Source: Acanthaster planci (taxonomy: Eukaryota). Taken from it: a stretch of DNA of 64,000 bases. How positions within the stretch are numbered: the first letter of the stretch is position 1; every line of letters starts with the position of its first letter. The DNA is taken from positions 181,720 through 245,719 of the forward strand of contig NW_019091355.1 in NCBI RefSeq assembly GCF_001949145.1, written 5' to 3'. The translations under genes and the position numbers were made by a program. Shown here piece by piece: positions 1 to 13,200 of the stretch. Under the pieces are notes generated by a model. That model was given only the letters and a program-made list of their open reading frames with translations. It did not search any database and was not told where the DNA came from.

Positions 1-45
1 TTCAGTTTCACTTTTTCACTTTTGGCTACGTCATTTTTTGGATGT

Positions 46-986
46 CGGACAACTCGACCGTTTGCCAAGTCTTCCGTTAAGACAACTCGATTTTGACAGA
101 GAGGCAACTCGACCCGTGAGATGTACACACAATACAGCCGTTTTCTCAGTGTCGGATCGCAAAAATTATTCAGTCAGATTGCAGCTTCAAATAATCCCCA
201 AATTCCGATAAAATGATCTAATTCCGGTTAAAAGTTCCCCTTGTGCGTTTGGGTTACTAAAAAAATATTTGCGAATTTTCTAACGTACAGGATCAAAGAA
301 AGTGACGGACGGAATTTTAAAAATCATTCCGATTAAACAGACATTAGATGCGAAAGTGAATTTTGAGTATGGAAAAAAGGATTTGGGATCACACGAAGGG
401 AGTGACATATCGCCCTGTAAATACTTGTCGATTTATTTCGCTTCAATGATTTTTGATAAACTGTTCAAAAATTTCGAAGTGCGAATCGGAAATCGACCAA
501 ATTTCTTTTCTAGAAATTTTCCGAGAACAAGTTTGTATAAGAAGAAGCTTGCATTTCATCTTTTAAACAGAACTTGTCTGAGAATGGAAAACTAAAGAAC
601 AGCATAAAGAAGGTATGTTTTCATCCGGAACTAGGAAAAATTTGGAACTAGGCCTAAGTCGGTAGATCAGCGCAGGTGCAAGATATCGATAGATCGATCG
701 CGCAAAGATTAACTTACTGCCAGCGCCATTTTTATAATACATGTACCTCAGAAATTTGGCTTGTCTATCTACTACGTGAAATTTCATCCCATTATTAAGA
801 TATAGTATTTCACACGGTCGTCTCAGCAGACGACTTGGCTGAGCAGACAACTTATCTCAATGGACGGCTTGTTTCAAGGTCGACTTGTCTCCTTTTTACG
901 CATGGTCAGTCGAGTTGTCTTTACGGTACAGTTGTCTTAACGGTCGGGTAGTCCGACGTCGAGTTAGTAAACGGTCGAGTTGTCCG
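46..986. mobile_element. Non-autonomous DNA transposon-like element with TIRs and subterminal repeats
   Basis: CGGACAACTCGACCGTTT (46-63) is the exact reverse complement of AAACGGTCGAGTTGTCCG (969-986). Further GACAACTCGA / TCGAGTTGTC-type copies lie at both ends. No TSD or transposase seen. Confidence 0.6.
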
Positions 987-1275
987 GACCACGACCGCGC
1001 ACATGAGCATGGTGCAACCACTAATAGGAGATTCATGAGACACTTGATTGTGGCAGTGAAGGGGTAGGGCAACTGGCCATTTGGGGTCACATGTTTTTGC
1101 TGTCACCAAGTATCTGAAAGTGCCTCACTATATAGCGTCTTCTCAGATTCACGTATTCATGTACGTTATTCCTTTTGGGGTGTTCTTTTTTGAGTTCTGC
1201 CTTCAATGCAAATAAAAATATGCAGTGGTCCGTTTTTATGAAAAAAAATACTTTTACTTGCCTTTCCCTTTGCAG

Positions 1276-4200
1276 TGAATAAATTACTCTATACTCTAGA
1301 GGCTTTTGACCCTGATGGTACGGCAGTCAGTTACGACATTGTTTCATACACTGCGGATACGAATCCATACGAAGAAGATGGTTTCGGTTACATCAATGTT
1401 GATCGAACAACAGGAAACGTATCGACAAAAGCCGAAATTGATTATGAGGTACGCCATTCTTTAAAAGTACTGGTATACCCCATTATAACACGCCTAATAT
1501 GAAATAGAATACGGACCTACTTGGCGGTTGAGATGAGCAAAAGTTAGTAATGGGATTTCCCAATATCCATTTGATATTTCACACTTTCAATATGACCAAG
1601 AGGACAAATAAAAGTCTACTTGAATGGTAAAATGCTAAAATTATTTGAAAAGTTAACCGTGCGTTTGTATTTTTCAGGCTGTGCATCTTTTATGGATTAG
1701 ATGGAAACTGACAGATAGTACCAGTGAAGAGGTAGGGAACCTTTTGCACTGAGGACTTCAATTTTATTTTTTATTTCATTTCAGTTCTTGTTTCATTTTC
1801 GATCAAGGCCTCATGTCATGAGGCTAAAGTTTGTTAGAAAATATTGTCGGCCAGTTTTCTTGCCGAAGCAAATATCAGTGATGGAACAGAACTCTCCTCG
1901 TGTAGTTGATAATTTTCTTTGTTTAGCAAATTTTGTCCTGGTTGAGTAGTTCTACTAATTAAACCTTAAGGCTAAGAGTTTGTCACTTGTCGTTGGCAGC
2001 TCATCATCGAAGTTATACCAAGATGTAATACAAAATAATGCCTATTCATTACAAATGTGGGAGTTTTAACAAGGGAAGTTTAGTTATTAAAACTAAAATA
2101 AACATACGTGCAACAGGCGGCCAAAAGTTGATATGAAAATTCTAATTTCACGTATTAATACAGTTCTAATTACCAGTCCAGTTAAAATTATTTTTACAAA
2201 CTGAAAAGGAACAAAGGAAAAGAGAATGACAATTTTTTTAAAGTAAAAATGCTTTAATTTAATCCAGACGAAAGCTGGTCGGAGAAACCGTTTTTCTAAA
2301 ACAGCAAGATTGTGAAGATCATGCCACCTTTTCCTCGCCAATTTTTCTTCGCTTCTTTAACATTACCGTTTTTAACGCAATGATAACTTTTAAGAGGTTT
2401 GGTCATCTGTTGCGATACGTGGCACAGAGCAAAGCCTTTATATGATACACGTTCTGACCAGAAATTAAAACACCTAAATATCCCCTCTCCGCCCATGGTA
2501 AGAACTACAATTGAGATGGCTTTTTTGTTTTCCGCGTTTACCCTTCTTCGTATGCTTTTAGACCTTGAAATCGGTATCTGTATTCGTGAAAGACGTCAAT
2601 GACAATGATCCAAAATTCACATCGGAAAGATATCAGCTACAGGAAGCCGTCAAAGAGGTAAATAAATCGTAAGCTCGTATGGCCTGCATCTGTTCGTTCT
2701 TTGCTACGCCTGCCAATTACATCTGCAGCCACCTGTCTTCACGCAGCGGCAGGTGGTCAGAAAAGCTTGATAATTAGATGTCATAGTATAATGCCGTGTT
2801 TAGTTCCTTTGGAATGCTGCAACCTCTTTCCAAGTTGCAGATAGCTTCACCGTGATTTTTTAAAATTCAGACAAACAACCCATTTTTATTTTCCAAAAGA
2901 GTATACTGTACTGAAACTGTAGACTGTACTGTACATAGGCTGTTCTGAGCACGAGTTCACATCCAGAAAACTCATATTATTCCAACACTACCATAGCAGG
3001 CTACATGTACATCACCAAAAACATACCATTTGCTTCCGATAAGTAGTTTGGATTTAAAATCCATCTTCTATGAAGAACATCTTAAGATATGTAATAATAT
3101 AATTGTTTGATTTTTGCCCAAACTGAAAATAAGAGTCTGTTAGTGTACTACATTGTATGCGATCATTAAATTTTTGTGTAGCGAAATATCAACTATTGGT
3201 AATTTCACAATTAGGCCAAATGGATGAATGTTATGTTTCAAATAATAGGCTACATGAAATAACATTCGAAAACAAGATTTATCACGTTCTTTTCTTTTAA
3301 AATTTGTTTTAAAGGGATCCATGACATCGAATGATGTCATCTTTACAGTCAGTGCGAGCGATGATGATTCAGAGGAAACAATTCGCTATGACATTATTGA
3401 GGTAAGTGTCAGCCTGACTATACTACTGTCGGTGATTCTGAAATTTCACAGAATCAAAAATCTGTTGAAATATCAATCGCAGCTATGCATTGAACATTCC
3501 TCTACAGATAGATGGACATCAAAATGCTTCACAGGCCTCTGTTGCCTTCTTGAATACACGTTATGTCATTGTATAAAATCGGTGCGTGTCCACATCAAAC
3601 ACTGCTGTGAAGAAAAATGTTGTTGGGCTCAAGCAAATTAATGGTTGTCGTTTCCTCCATTTTCATCGCTTTCCTTTTCTCCGCCCACAGTGACTCCCCT
3701 TTAATTTGTTTAATTTTTCTCGGGCTCCGGAAGGGAGCGGTCCCCTGCTTCCCACGTAAATGACATGAACATAGGTGAAGACGGTCACGGCACGCGATCT
3801 TTACCATGTACTGGAGAATGGACAAAATGTACAATGGCCTCGTGCAGGTTCCCGCGCGTAGAAAGCTGAAGGGTCCAGTCCACTAATTCAAGTCCCATTG
3901 CAAACAGTGTTAAATCAGCACCGTNNNNNNNNNNNNNNNNNNNNNNNNNNNNNNNNNNNNNNNNNNNNNNNNNNNNNNNNNNNNNNNNNNNNNNNNNNNN
4001 NNNNNNNNNNNNNNNNNNNNNNNNNNNNNNNNNNNNNNNNNNNNNNNNNGACGATTTACACAATCTCACCATTTTGGGGGCCAAACAATCTCTTTTTTCA
4101 AAAGATACTGTGGGGCACTTTTAATGCTAATGAGCTGGTCAGAAATTCTCACTTGAATTAGTGGTCTGCACCCTCAAATTAAGAGCATGTATAAAAGTAG

Positions 4201-7200
4201 AGGGCGCTGTCTGCACACTACGCGAAATTTTACTCCTGAGTCCTGGGCAAAGATTGTATAGCGCCGCGCTACAATCTTTGGTCCTGGGTGTCATGATTAT
4301 CTCGCGTCGTCCGCCCGGTTCCGTTAGTTCCCGCGTCACTTTGAATTATCAAGTAGGCCCCGACCGCGCGGTAGGCTGAGTGCCATTTTTTTCACACTGG
4401 CTGGTCAGAACGTAAAATTGAGGATTCACAATCCGGTATTGAGACCTCAAGGTAACAGTGTTTGGGGAACGAGTTCCATGGACGGACAGCATGTGTCCCA
4501 ATTATATTTATTGGGACTCATGTTTTGTCCGTGTGTTTAGGCCTACTACTAGTACTAGTACTACTCCATCATAACTATGGAACTCTATCTATGCACAAAC
4601 TTACAATTTTGTTTGATTTGAAGCTTTGCAATAGCATGGTGGAAGTTACATAGGATGTAGGCTTACTTGCGGGTGCACCATGGAATCAATCTCTTTTGGA
4701 AGAGGTGTGGTTCTTAGAAGAAGTGGTGAACATCATTCATGGTGAAAGTTAACTTGACGTTTCAGCCAGGATGCTCTGGCCGTCCTCCAGAGAGTGTGCC
4801 GGGATGTGGAATTGGCGGGAAACCTTGGGTTGCCCTCCCCCATTGGCATAAGGGTCTCCTATACCCGAACCCAAGGTTTCCTGCCAATTCTGCAACCCTG
4901 CACACCACAGGATCCAACACGTTCATTCCTCAGTGCACGTGCAGCAGTTACACGACCATCAAATCTTGTTCCACACTCCACTGCTTCCAGATTACCTTTG
5001 ATGTAGCCCAAATGTCCACTTGACTGTTTTCTAAGTAAATGCTTCAGAATTTTCACTTTTCAAATTTTCCATTTTATTAATATTGGGACACATTCTGATG
5101 GCTGTTATGTTGAAGGAAAATAAGTCCTGGTGTTTGTATATGGAACTCTTACCAATTTTTATATCATTGAAGACATTTTGGAGGTATCTTGTGACTTTTT
5201 CCAGATCAAATGATCTTTTTTGCCAGCTGCAGATTTTTTTTAACATAGGCCTATGGCCTTGTACACTTGTGGAAACTTATGGTTGAATATAACAGCTGTC
5301 ATCACTCATGTCACTGTTCACGCTGTCTTATCATGGTTCTGGAGTATTTAAGGGATGTAAAGTTTGAAGTTTTAACTAGGGAGGTTTCTTCTCATGAGGC
5401 ATGAAGACAAGTCTCCTTTAATTGTGATCGTAATCTGTCCATTCATTGTTTATTTGTCACTTGTTACAATGTACATGCCGAGCTGCATACCTGCGGGTAA
5501 CAGACTTGGTAGTTACCAGTAATTTTACTTGCGCAGTCCTGACCAAAGATCGTATAGCGCCGCGTAGCGGCACAAGATGGGGAAGTTCACCGTGAATACG
5601 CGTAAAGTGTTGTTATCACATGGGCACCATTCTGGTTGGACTATGCCTGCGCAGTGCATGTTAATGCACAGGCGCAGGCGCCACGACAGGCACGCACACA
5701 CATTTAACGTTCACACTCGAATGGTGCCCATGGTTATAACACTTTCACGGCTGAATAACCCATCTTGCGCAGCTACACGGCACTATATAATCTTTGGTCC
5801 TGACCCACATAATCATGTGTCATATGATTGTATACAGTTGTTGTTTGCCCATGGCCTCAGGGTCTGCCTGTTTGTTTTCTTTTGTATTCTTTGTTCAGCG
5901 TTGTGATTTTATTTTCCTTGTTTTGCTTTAATGCATTCTGTTAAACTCAGTAATTTTGCTTTGGTTGAATAAATAATGATAACGATAACTGTCAAAACCA
6001 TCCAAAGCCACGGTTGCGAATGTGGAACATGTTTATTTTGAAATGTTCGTAATTGCAGGATCATCAAGACTGGCCGTGCAATGGCGACTTATTTGAAATT
6101 GATGCAATCAGTGGCAATATCACTCTCAAGGTGAACACATCACTGGATTTTGAGATCAACACACAGTACACAATCTGTGTCCGTGCTAGTGTGAGTACAA
6201 AATAACTTTTTGTTACTGATGTTTTAATGTCAGTTTTTGTGTATAAAGTGATTTTTGACAAGTAATTCTTACCACTTCAGAACTTTTTAGCAAATGCAGT
6301 GACTCATGTATTGAAATAACTGATGCACGTGTAGGCCTAGTGGAACAGGTTAAGTTTATGTGTACATGAATTAGTCTTTTCATTTGAAACCATGGACTCT
6401 GAACTCATCTGACGAATGAATTATCTGTCTATACTGTCTTTCATTTGTCTTTTTGCATGGGAAAGAATTACAAAATGGATGTGACAATAAAAGGGATAAG
6501 ATTATAAAAATGTTTCTTTTCTTTTCGTTTGGGTAATGATTCAGGACTCTGGGAAGCCATCTGGTGAGCCACGGTATGACTATGCCCAGGTCATTGTCTA
6601 TGTTCAAGATGAACAAGACACAGCACCATTCTTTACCATAACTAATTATGACCGTGAGATCACTGAAGATGAGCCTCTGGTGAGTGGCCATTTATCTATC
6701 CAGGATTGACCACTGGATTTTGCACTGTTGTGTTTGCACATTGCTCAGAGATGCAAAAATTCGTGGCTGGTTCAAAAACCAGGCTGAGTATTATATCCTT
6801 CCCTCTTCCTCAAATCAGAAGAAAAATTTACAAAAGTACCGGGTTGGCTAAGCTTCAAACAAACACAGATAGAGTGGAACCTCTGAATTAAGAGCAATCA
6901 TCACTTTTGAAAAGTGGGGACATACCGTACATTTCCGTGTAGGGTGTGTGTGTGCGCGCGCACGCTTACCTTACATACCTAATGTACACTTGTGAACAAA
7001 AAGGAAAGGAAGAAGTTCTGTGGACTTAAACATGTCCATAAGACGTTTCCCCTTCTCTGAAAAAGAAGTTTAGAGGCCTTCTGGGGTAGGGGTCATCCAT
7101 CGTAAAAAGAAGAGGAACAGTTAAGGAAACCTTTTACAAAATTCCTGCTGAAAATCGAGTTCATAGTTCAAGAAAAACAAGTATTTTCACTGAGTTTTCT

Positions 7201-10200
7201 AAACTGCAAGAAAAGAAAGGAATGTCCACAGTAGGTATGTAAGGTAAGTGTGGGTGTGTGAGCATGTTTTAGGGCTTGCTTACGTGTGAAAACATCTGGG
7301 ATTCAGTATGCTCTGTGGCCTGATCTGAGGCAATTTCTGACCACTCCACTTTACCAATTTTTTTTTTTAGCATTTGTGGCCATCATTGTCAAGTTTGGAG
7401 GCATTTAAAATAGCTATTATGATTTGTAGAATGAAAGCCTACAATTTTTATTTGGCAAAAGGGGACACTAAATAATAAGATTCCCCCTCCCCCACTTTGC
7501 AGTGCCCACACTCTGAATAATACCAACTATGAAGCCTTATTCAAGTAACTTGCAAATACTGGGATATTTCTGAGATCTTTGAATAATTTCTCAGGTCTTT
7601 GCAGAATATGAAGAAAACATTTTCCACCTTGTGTTAACATTTTATTTGTTCCCCAAATTACAGATTTTTATCTGGATTCATTTATTTGTCATTGACAGGG
7701 TTTTGGAGTTATAAGAGTGACGGCAAGAGATGGAGACAGGGGTGTCTTTACACCCAATGTAATTGAATACAGCTTAGTGGGAGGTAAGAACTAGGCTCTT
7801 AAATGCTTATTGCCTGACTTAAAGTGGAAAAGTGTAAGTATATTTAATCATTAGTTACTTAATTTGTAAAAAGCTCAGCGCTCTATGCTGTGTATCACAC
7901 TTTGGAGGAGGAATGTAAGAACTAGCCCATCTCATTTCATTTTGGACTAAAATTTACTTTCTATGAAATAGCCAGTTATCAAAACAGATGAAGAGTGCAC
8001 TTGCCTTGGCACTTTGCTGCCAGCCCACAATCATAACTTTACTGTTGTTTTTGTCATAGGAGATGACAAGTTTGAAATTAACAATGGCACAGGCCAGATA
8101 ACCATTAAAGCAATGTTGGATCGAGAAACAAAGTCATCACATATTGTCACAGTAACGGTGAGAATGAATTTATATTTCTTAAGTCAGTTCTTATGGGATA
8201 CAGGCAATATTAATCAGTTGGCAATTTCACAAAACTTTTCGCAGTATCATAACTTGTTTGATGCCACATTTTATTACATAAGTTTGCAACAAATTATTGC
8301 ACATATGAAAGTTGCACCAAAGTGCATTAGTCCATGACTTGTGCAACAAATGATGCTGTAACTGCCCCAGTCAATTTACTTATCGTAAGTTGCACCCAAA
8401 GAAAGTGGAAATGATTTAACTATGTTCAGTTAAGGTACATCATTTCTCAGTTTCACAAGGTTTTAACTGAGATATGTACATCTTGGCTCTGGAGGTTATG
8501 AAAAACTTGTTAAGAAAAAGGAAAAATATTGTCAAAATGGCCGGGGGAGGTAATCCGATGACCATTTATGACTTTGTAAAAGCCATGATTCTACTCTTCG
8601 AAGAAGTTTAACGTAATTAAAATGTTGCACTTTTTAAGCCACTTTTCTTGAAATTGACAGTTAGTACATGCACATTTATTGCACAACTTCAGCACTTAGG
8701 CTTAAATACACATGGCACCAAGATACACCACATTTCATGAAATGGGCTGCCGATAGAATTTCAGTTTGGATCCTAATTTTTACTTTACATACGGGATACT
8801 TATGTTCATATAAGAGCTGTTTACATGTAGTTGAAGGATTTGCCTTGTTTGACATGTCAGGGTCTTTTTAGATTGCATACAGAATACAACTGTTTGTTTT
8901 GGATTTGAGTGATAGTTGAATGCCAAAACCATTGAGCTCCTTTGCACAAAGTTTTATAAAGATGCAGTGACACATATCATTTAACACGATTTTAGGCCCA
9001 GGAAATTCGAGCAGATGGTACACCAGAAGTACAGCCGAGTTCTGCAGAAGTCAATATTACCTTCCAAGTAGGTGACATAGACGATGAAAATGCAACCTTC
9101 TCCTCCCGGGCAGAAAGGACATCACTTCCAGAGAACTCACTCCAAGGAAGCTTTGTGCCTCTGAATGAACTCTCTGTCTCTGACACTGACCAGGTATAAA
9201 AGATTTAAATATTACTCCACTTGTAAAATACAAGCATTTGTCTTCTTGCGTAGAGTTAGGAGGTGTAAGATAAAGTCATTCCCCTCAGGGCTCAAAATTG
9301 GGCTAATGATCATGGGAGCAAGTACTTGCTCCCTAGACAGCTGAATTTGTCAGTTTACGGGAGCAAGTAGCTCCCATACAATATGAAAGACATACGTTCA
9401 AGAAAAAAAGCCAAGACCCTGGTCCTTGCTGTTGCTTTTGTTTAAATTAATGACACTGATAACTTATGGCTTAGACTTTAGCAGATATTAAAGCCTTGAT
9501 GGAGTTGTTACATGTGTATTTCTGTGGGCTGCATGCGACGTACAATTATTACTAGCAGTGAGTACACGACCAACCGGAACCAACATGTGCTTAACAACGC
9601 TACACAAAAAGTCGAGCACCGGACCTTTATAACGTGCATATGCACACAGACGTAAAAGGAAACTAACTGCAGCAGTCGACCATTTTTGAAATGAGTGGAT
9701 TGGGCTGAGACTTTGGTTTTGCTGGTTTCAGCTGTTTTGAAGCATGGTTCAAAATCACATGTTCAAGCTATGACTGGAACCAGCAAAACTGAAGTCTAAG
9801 CCGAATCCACTCATTTGGCTTGAATTTACACATGAGGGGCCAGTTTCCATACAATCATGTCACTGGCCGTGGGTACGTGTATGCATGTGTGTATGTTCAC
9901 GTGTGTGCATGCATCACATGCGAGACTGCGGCGTGCGCTCGGTGACATCGTAAAGAAAATTGTACCGTATTATGGTTCGGTGACAAGGCTGATCCAAGTG
10001 AAATCAAAAAGTTCAGGTATTTTTCATGACAAATGTAAATACAAATGGTAAATATGTTCAGGTACATGGAATCAAACAGGCGCCTGTCATTATGATTTAT
10101 AGGCACATTTCTGAGACAAACGGGTGCATTTTAGCTACCTGCGCCCATTAATTTCAAGCCCTGGTCTCTTTAACGACAGTGGATAAGTTTCAAGCAGTGT

Positions 10201-13200
10201 CGGTTGTGGAGGGGAAGTGTTTACTGTTCTTTTCTTTGCCCAGACGTATTATTTGGGTTTTTGTGTCCATCCCACCTTTACTTCCAATTTTTTTTCCTTT
10301 TGCAGGCACCAAATAATGAGTTTAAATTACTTCTTGGAGGAGCCGATAAAGATACCTTCAGGATTCAAAATGAAAACGTAAGAGGTGAAGCCACTGTTGA
10401 TGTGCGAGTCAAAAACAACACACTTCTAGACTTTGAGAGAAGGCAGTACCTTGATTTTGAGGTATGCTGTTGTTTTTCTAATTAGTATTACAAAGGGAAT
10501 CTGTTGTATCCTTATGGTAAAGATGCAGTCTGCAAATTCGAGAAAAGATCTAGATAGTACTGACTTGGCTGACTTGTTTAATGGCTAAGGTCTCTTAATA
10601 TAGCATTTGCGTTTTTGAGTAAGAAGCTTTAATCATCAATTGTCATTACCCTTAGGCAGCTTTCAGTTTAAACTGAGTTCGTGACATGTCTTTTCTGCTC
10701 ATATGCAAAGGGAGTACACCTGTTCAGAAATGCTCTTGTGTGTAGAATGGTAATTGGGGAAAACATGTTTAGCAGTATTTTGGGAAAACTTGTAAATTCA
10801 AGACCACTTTGTCTCTGCAGATTTATGCAACGAATGGAGATGGGGTTGTGTATGATGTTGCCCGTGTCCTTGTAAACATCACAGATCAAAACGATGAAAC
10901 ACCAACATTCAGTCAGCAGCAGTACAGCTTTGAAGTTCAGGAGAACTCACGAGGAGTCTTTGTTGGTGATGTCAATGTATGTACCAGTGGCCACATTGTC
11001 ACATTGGCAGTAACATCACTGGTTTTTAAATTTGCATAATACAGGTGTACCCTGAAATTTTACCATTTCCTTGGTGTAAGAAGTTCCTTGTTTCTTGATC
11101 GTAGATCTGTATATGTACTTCACTCAAAACAATTACAAGTCATTACCCACACACCAATCACAATTATGTATTTGCATACATTATTCATTCCAGGTAAAAG
11201 CTTAACTGCATTGCTTTGTCTTTTTTCCACCTGGATTTGATTGTAGGCAACGGATGCAGACTCAGAACCCTTCAGTCAAGTTACTTATCAACTCTTCGGC
11301 CTGGGAGACAATCCCCAGTAAGTTAACCTTCTTTCTCCGTTATATCCACATACACTTCAATCTCTGAGCATAATTGATCATGGATTAGAAGTAAAAGGTT
11401 GATAAATGATTTACCATGGATCAAGGACAGATTCAAAACCAATTTTTCAAAGGGGGCAGTCTTTGGGAACGGGCCAATAAAGTGCCAATAAAGTGTGAAC
11501 ACACTTTCTGTGTAACCTTTTTTTACCTTTGTATAGGAGGAACATACATGTACGTTTTTTGGGGCATTTTATACACTTTTAAAAAAGGAAGAGAAATAAA
11601 TTGTGTAAAAAATCGCCCTTCTCTTTATTTTTTAAGAAACTTTGGAGCTCTTTTGAACAGGGTCCATGGCCTTTGTTTCCCCATAAAATTCAACCTTGGC
11701 ATGGAACTTTAGAAAAATCTCAGAGCAGACGTACGGTCTGTCAAGAAAGAAATCTTCACTAAATAGCCCTATCTAGGTTCCTTGCACACCAATATTAATC
11801 ATCATGAGTATCTGTAATTTTATTCTGTCCTACCTGAACAAGCGTAACATGTTAGCATTAACTGGTTCCCACATTTGTCCTTCAAGACCACTGACACATA
11901 CTGATTAGGCACAAGTTAAATTTGCCATGGAAACTAAAAGTGTGATGGTGAACATCAGCAAAACCTGATCCTCTACCTTTTTTTTGCCTCAAAGATTTGC
12001 AATGGACCGCATGACAGGAGAGATAACAACCAGGCCAGATTCATCTTTAGATTTTGAGGGACAGAAGGTGTATTTTTTCACCTGTGTCGCAACGGACGGT
12101 GAACGCAGTGGGACTGCCACAGTACAGATTGAACTGACAGACCAGAATGACAATGCACCAGCATTCAGCTCTGAGACATATACTGCACAAGTTGATGAAA
12201 ACACCATACCAGAGAGCTCTCTGCTATCAGTTTCGGTAATACACGTATTAACACCGGAGTTCAAATAGTTGAAGGATGTGAAGTAGTTGACTCAGTGTTT
12301 TTGCAGGTCAACAACTCTAGAAGTATACACAATCACTCTTCAACTGGCCTGTAATATACTGACATCAATATGTTTACACATACATGTGTTTTCTTTTGAC
12401 AGTGAGGCCGGACACAATCTATTCAGTCCCCGCAGGAAAGTACACATGTAAAGAAAGCTTGATGCTATTTTGTTTTAGGACTATTGTTGCTTGATAAAGT
12501 GAGTCTCAGTCATGGAGTATTTTCCAATTATCTTCATTGTAAGCAAAAATTACAAGTCATCAAAAATGGGACAAGGAATTCAAACTGAATTAAACATAAT
12601 GGTACCTAAGGAAAATGGAAACCTAGAAAATGTCAACCCAGTAACACAATTTTAAAATGTTTCATTTGATTGATTTATTAATAGGCCACTGACCGTGATC
12701 GAGACAACCAGGTTTCCTTCAGCTTGTTCAATGATTCCTACTCGGAGAGGTTCGAGATTTCCAGTGCTGGAGAGCTCAAATTACTTCAGAAATTAGACTT
12801 TGAAGAAGATGGACCGACAATCAAGTTGATTGTTGTTGCTACAGACAGTGGGAGTCCACCACAGTCAGCTAATGCAACAGTTATTGTTAGAATTCAAGTA
12901 AGAATCAGTCTTTTACATCAAACTTCCAGATTAACCTTACCACTACTCTACACTCTTGTAGGTCCAGCTTTAAAGCACACCCATAGTCAAAGTTGGATCT
13001 CATACCCTGGATCCTTAGCAGTGACAAATTTTAGAGATATACTTAAACATTTGATTACAAATATGAGCAAGGACAAGTAATTTTACGTCACCCCAGCATT
13101 GTTGTTATGATTGTGGAAGACTATCACCTCACCATGAGGGTAATAAGTGAAGTTCAGCTTGGGTTTGATCGAGGGCCAGTAGTTAAACTGTGATTGGTTT

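Noticed and set aside
3686..4113. CACAGTG heptamer suggesting an RSS/Transib/RAG-transposon end
   Set aside because: No nonamer at 12/23 spacing, no clean partner TIR or 5-bp TSD, and the interior is partly a gap.
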